A DNA stretch of 64,000 nt from a virus. Each line of letters starts with the position of its first letter. Position 1 is the stretch's first letter. The notes under the pieces are model-generated. The model saw nothing but the letters and a program-made list of their open reading frames with translations. It was not told the DNA's origin and did no database searches. Below, one piece after another: positions 60,161-64,000 of the stretch. Where the stretch lies: IMG/VR virus record IMGVR_UViG_3300032246_001270. One strand, 5' to 3'. Both the position numbers and the translations under genes were made by a program.

Positions 60161-60168
60161 ATAAATAT
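60161..60168 (-). promoter_or_regulatory. ATATTTAT upstream motif
   Basis: 47 nt upstream of the portal start. Confidence 0.5.
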
Positions 60169-60185
60169 CGTAAAATATCAAAACC

Positions 60186-61781
60186 CTATAACCATTGAGA
60201 TAAATCTTCAAATCCATCACCAACTCTCATTTTCCAAGGATTATCATCCATTGAATTATTACCTCCATAAATTCCCTGATTTGCATTTGATGATATACCA
60301 CTAACAGCTTGCTTTGTTAAATCAATACCCTGCTGTCTTAAACGAAGTGCAGTATCTCTAACCCATAATCCAATTGAAAATGCCATTACCAAGTCATCAT
60401 TATAACCTTTCATAGCTTCAGCTCTACCATTCATATAAATAAATGTAAATAGCTCATCTATTAAACGTGATGACCTAACTATAATTCCTTTTTCTCTAAA
60501 GTAATCAGTTAATTTAGATATAATTAAAGGTCTAGTTTTAGAAGTAGTTGAGAAACCAGCTACTAATCCCTTTTCTTCTGCTCTATATCTATTTGTCATT
60601 TGATGCTCAATATCAATATATTTTAAATCCTTACTCATATAAAATAAGTTTTTATATCCTCTATCAATTACTTGCTGAATTGTAGCCCAACCAATGTTTG
60701 CGTTCTCTATGACAAGTAAAGCATCATTATATTCAGTTGAAAGTGATACTAAGAAGTTTCCAAAATCTTTTGTATCTACTTTACCTTTATATTCTGCTAC
60801 TTGAACCGAATTAACTATATCAATTACATGACATGTGGAATAATCGGCTCCATCACCTCTAGCCACATCGGCTACTACCATATAAGATTTTGAATAATCA
60901 GGATATTCCCATTTCCAAAGATTTCCATCAAATCCACCTTTTTCAATTGGGTCTTGTATATAGGTTTCTTTATAGAACATTAGGGTTTCGGGTTCAATTA
61001 CTGTTTCACCAGAAGATACAAAGTCACAATCACACTCCTGTGCTGCTTTCTTAGGTCCTAATAATTTCTCTTGTTCATCTCTCCATTTTTGGTCTCTTTC
61101 AGGGTGTACAGTCCAATGTAATCTGATTGTATTGAATGGATTTCTACTTTCTTCTGCTCCTAACCAAGTTTGATGAAACCAATTACCAACACCATTAGGA
61201 GTAGAAAGGGCAATACAACTACCACCCGTTGAAAGGGTAGACTGAGCTGATACCCAAATCTCATCAATATCATCAATAAAAGCAGCCTCATCAAATATTA
61301 GAAGTGATAAGGCTTCCGAACGTCCTGCATCAGGAGAACTAGCAATAGCCTTAATTTGAGAACCATTTTGTAAACGAAGGGAAAGCTTGTTATCTTCCAT
61401 TGAACCTCCCTTAAGCCATGTTGGAAGCAAATCATGCATTACTCTAACTTTTGTTACTAAGTTCTTTGCAACCTCTTGCTTTGTTGCAATTACTAACACA
61501 TTAAAATCAGAATTAAATATCATTTTCCAAAGTGAGAATCCAGCACAAAGTGTTGAAATGCCAGTTTGACGTGATTTTAAAACTACATTAAATCTATTAT
61601 CTTTAAATTGTGTTAAGGTCTTTTCTTGAAATGGAAATAGTTGAAAAGGTATCTTACCTCTAACAGGGTGTTGAATCATACAATATTTCTTCATAAAATG
61701 TATCGGGTCTACCGCACATTTTTTGTATTCTTCTGCAATTATTTCTTTTAAAGATTTTTTTTGTATTATACCTGTACTCAT
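60186..61781 (-). CDS. Terminase large subunit, T4 gp17-like
   Basis: LFPFQ, Walker A KSRQTGIS, Walker B LLIFDEAAF, STPNG, nuclease ADVARG and DDLVMA. Confidence 0.95.
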   Translation of the reverse strand: MSTGIIQKKSLKEIIAEEYKKCAVDPIHFMKKYCMIQHPVRGKIPFQLFPFQEKTLTQFKDNRFNVVLKSRQTGISTLCAGFSLWKMIFNSDFNVLVIATKQEVAKNLVTKVRVMHDLLPTWLKGGSMEDNKLSLRLQNGSQIKAIASSPDAGRSEALSLLIFDEAAFIDDIDEIWVSAQSTLSTGGSCIALSTPNGVGNWFHQTWLGAEESRNPFNTIRLHWTVHPERDQKWRDEQEKLLGPKKAAQECDCDFVSSGETVIEPETLMFYKETYIQDPIEKGGFDGNLWKWEYPDYSKSYMVVADVARGDGADYSTCHVIDIVNSVQVAEYKGKVDTKDFGNFLVSLSTEYNDALLVIENANIGWATIQQVIDRGYKNLFYMSKDLKYIDIEHQMTNRYRAEEKGLVAGFSTTSKTRPLIISKLTDYFREKGIIVRSSRLIDELFTFIYMNGRAEAMKGYNDDLVMAFSIGLWVRDTALRLRQQGIDLTKQAVSGISSNANQGIYGGNNSMDDNPWKMRVGDGFEDLSQWL

Positions 61782-61782
61782 A

Positions 61783-62466
61783 TTACCCTTTAAGTTCTCT
61801 TACTAAATCGTAATTTTTATATTTTAATTTTTCGTAAGCTTCATCTCTTAATTTTGTAACTTCTTCAATTTCTTTTTCAAAATTAATAATATTAGACATT
61901 ATTTCTGCTTTTAATTCATTAACATCTCTTTCCATAGCCCACTTTTCAATCTTACCATCTTCACCTACAACTTCATAATCTTGTCTAGCATCATTATATG
62001 CTTGTTGAAATTGAGCTATTACATCTTTACCATGTGCAATCATATTAGAACATATTTTATAATCTTCATAGGCTTCCCATAAACCATCTTGTCTAATTTC
62101 AAATTCTTTTTTAGTAAGGCAATGTAAACAATATCCAGTTTTAGATATTACTTTTTTATCAATTCTATTAATTTTAATTGTTTGACAATTTTCAGATTTA
62201 CAAGTATTTAACTTATCTAAATAAGCCCTAACATCAGCCATTGTATCTGTTAATTCAGATGTTTGTATTTTTCCGGCTTCCATCTGCTCCCAATGTTTTC
62301 CATTAGAATCTATCCATTTTTCCCCAACGCTTCTTTTTATTATTTTTTTGTCAATACCAGAGAATGAAATTTGAGTTTCTTTTTGATATTCACCACCAGT
62401 TAAAACCATATCTACCAACTTTCTACGAGTTGGGTGCATAAACTTTTTATTGAATTCCTTTGCCAT
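61783..62466 (-). CDS. Hypothetical protein with four-Cys putative zinc site and coiled coil
   Basis: CKSENC..GYCLHC; abuts the terminase start. Confidence 0.65.
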   Translation of the reverse strand: MAKEFNKKFMHPTRRKLVDMVLTGGEYQKETQISFSGIDKKIIKRSVGEKWIDSNGKHWEQMEAGKIQTSELTDTMADVRAYLDKLNTCKSENCQTIKINRIDKKVISKTGYCLHCLTKKEFEIRQDGLWEAYEDYKICSNMIAHGKDVIAQFQQAYNDARQDYEVVGEDGKIEKWAMERDVNELKAEIMSNIINFEKEIEEVTKLRDEAYEKLKYKNYDLVRELKG

Positions 62467-62517
62467 ATTATATACGATATATTTGTATATATAAGTATAT
62501 CAAAATAAAGAAAACGA

Positions 62518-64000
62518 TTATTTATCGAAGAAAATTCCTAAAATTTGATTTAGGGGTGCGAATGCACCTGTTAATTTGTAAGTATTACCACTATATACAA
62601 ATACAATACCCTCATTTGGTACAATTTTATCAAACCCACCCAAAGCTTTAAGCCTCTCTAACTCTAATTTTAATTTTGCAATCTTCTTAGGGTCACCACT
62701 TGCTTTTACCTGTGATATTGTTGATTCCAAACGAGCTACCATTTGTTTTCTAGCAGAAGATGGATTTGCTGTAAGTACTGATTCGGTAAATGCTAATACA
62801 TCTGCACCAACTCCTAAAAATATCTCCTCAAATTTCATAAGATTATCTTTAGATATTTTTTGTTGGTCTTTTTTATCAGTTTGCTCAGCCCATCCTCTTA
62901 TTTTATCATCTTGTATTTCTGCTATACGGAAACTCTTGTCACCAAAAGCCCATCTTTTAATTAATCCTATTTTTTGTTGTGCATCTAATTTCTTTGCACC
63001 TTTATTTACAAAATTAGACCACCATGCTTGGTGATAATCAGCCACACCATCACTATCAGAAAGATTAAATTCTTTTTGAAGTTTATTAATCATTGAAATA
63101 TACTTTCCTTGCTTTTTAGAAAGGTCTTCTGATTTAGGAAGTGATTGCATTGGAGGTCCCTGAATTGTGTATTGGGATTGAACATGCTGATTTACTTGCT
63201 TAATCATTCCTGCTAATATTTTAGCTGCTTGTTGATTTTCTCCAACAATTGTACCATCAGTATCATATTCAAATGTACCATGAAATACCAATAGTGGTTG
63301 ATTATATGGAATTACATTTACCGATGTCGGATATATTACTTCTAAATTCATAAAGCAAGAACCATCTTTGAATATCTTTTTTCTTTGTTCTTCACTTAAT
63401 GCCGCAATAGCTGCTGAAAGGTCTTTCATTGCGTAGTTGTATGCATCTGTAAGTCCACCTCTACCAGCAAACTTATCCGCCACCTGTCCTATTGTCATAG
63501 CACCCTCACCTTTATTCTTTAAATGTGATTTGTTACGAGCTGCAACTAATCTACCATTTACCCAACTAACTGCTAATGCTTGACCATCAGTCTTCTCTCT
63601 TGCTAATTCTAAATCACCATTTAATGCTCTTACTACAATTTGTTTTAAATCACCAAAAGTAAGATTCATTTCAATATCAAATGGATGATTCATATGTCCA
63701 TACGCTCCACCTTCGTTAATATTTTCTTTTTGTAATTTTTGAATTTCTTTATTTAATTTATCAATTTCTGCTCTAACTTTCATTTGTGCCGGTGATTGTG
63801 GCATCATTTTTAAAGCTTTAATGAATAAAACCATTCTTTGCTTTTCCAAATCTTTTAAAGAACTTTCATTAACTGGATTTCTTAATTTTACACTTTTAGC
63901 AATATGTCTTTCCTCATCTTTAATAGTATCACCATCTATATCAATAGTTGGGTCCATATTAATTCTTTCATCTTTGCCAGGTTGATTATCATATTGATTA
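62518..64000 (-). CDS. Ligase-fold (KxDG nucleotidyltransferase-like) protein, 5'-partial
   Basis: EKTDG (motif I), FMNLEVI, LVFHG, EGIVF (motif IV), YKLTG (motif V). The frame stays open from 63957 to the window edge, so the true start probably lies outside. Confidence 0.65.
   Translation of the reverse strand, partial: NQYDNQPGKDERINMDPTIDIDGDTIKDEERHIAKSVKLRNPVNESSLKDLEKQRMVLFIKALKMMPQSPAQMKVRAEIDKLNKEIQKLQKENINEGGAYGHMNHPFDIEMNLTFGDLKQIVVRALNGDLELAREKTDGQALAVSWVNGRLVAARNKSHLKNKGEGAMTIGQVADKFAGRGGLTDAYNYAMKDLSAAIAALSEEQRKKIFKDGSCFMNLEVIYPTSVNVIPYNQPLLVFHGTFEYDTDGTIVGENQQAAKILAGMIKQVNQHVQSQYTIQGPPMQSLPKSEDLSKKQGKYISMINKLQKEFNLSDSDGVADYHQAWWSNFVNKGAKKLDAQQKIGLIKRWAFGDKSFRIAEIQDDKIRGWAEQTDKKDQQKISKDNLMKFEEIFLGVGADVLAFTESVLTANPSSARKQMVARLESTISQVKASGDPKKIAKLKLELERLKALGGFDKIVPNEGIVFVYSGNTYKLTGAFAPLNQILGIFFDK

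Noticed and set aside
60186-61781. Intein or intron in terminase, or stop-codon recoding
   Set aside because: Terminase, portal and MCP are contiguous and of ordinary length. Genes pack tightly under the standard code, and terminase ends in TAG shortly after a complete nuclease domain.
61783-62466. Small terminase subunit
   Set aside because: Position fits, but I recognise no gp16-like motif; left as hypothetical.

Overview
This window is the virion morphogenesis region of a large, AT-rich, T4-like (gp17/gp20/gp21/gp23-type) dsDNA bacteriophage. Every credible gene is on the minus strand. Reading right to left: a ligase-fold protein cut by the right edge, terminase large subunit, portal, probable internal head proteins, prohead protease, scaffold, major capsid protein, fibre/adhesin genes with a two-gene LRR + AlkB insert, neck proteins, and three giant structural proteins. 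The giants are 4021 aa, 3967 aa, and a >=2228 aa gene that the ORF track misses because it runs off the left edge. No tail tube, sheath, baseplate, tRNA, CRISPR or mobile-element gene was recognised. The most notable observation is in the 4021-aa protein. It has 21 helical core repeats, all with C-x-R-D and resembling the bilin-binding core of phycobiliproteins, and 21 separate single-helix repeats. The two sets balance like nested brackets, which suggests one polypeptide folding into a branched tree. Other observations: Pro-free (Gly-Ser/Thr-Ser)n tracts up to about 1100 aa; a virion-wide [S/T]-[G/A/S]-S motif bias; intact versus degenerate cupredoxin-like sites; a DGR-target-like DUF1566 domain between in-frame 54-bp repeats; a cassette flanked by a duplicated terminator-promoter unit; and a recurring upstream motif that is the reverse complement of the T4 late promoter. 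All family assignments come from recognising motifs by eye; no searches were run.
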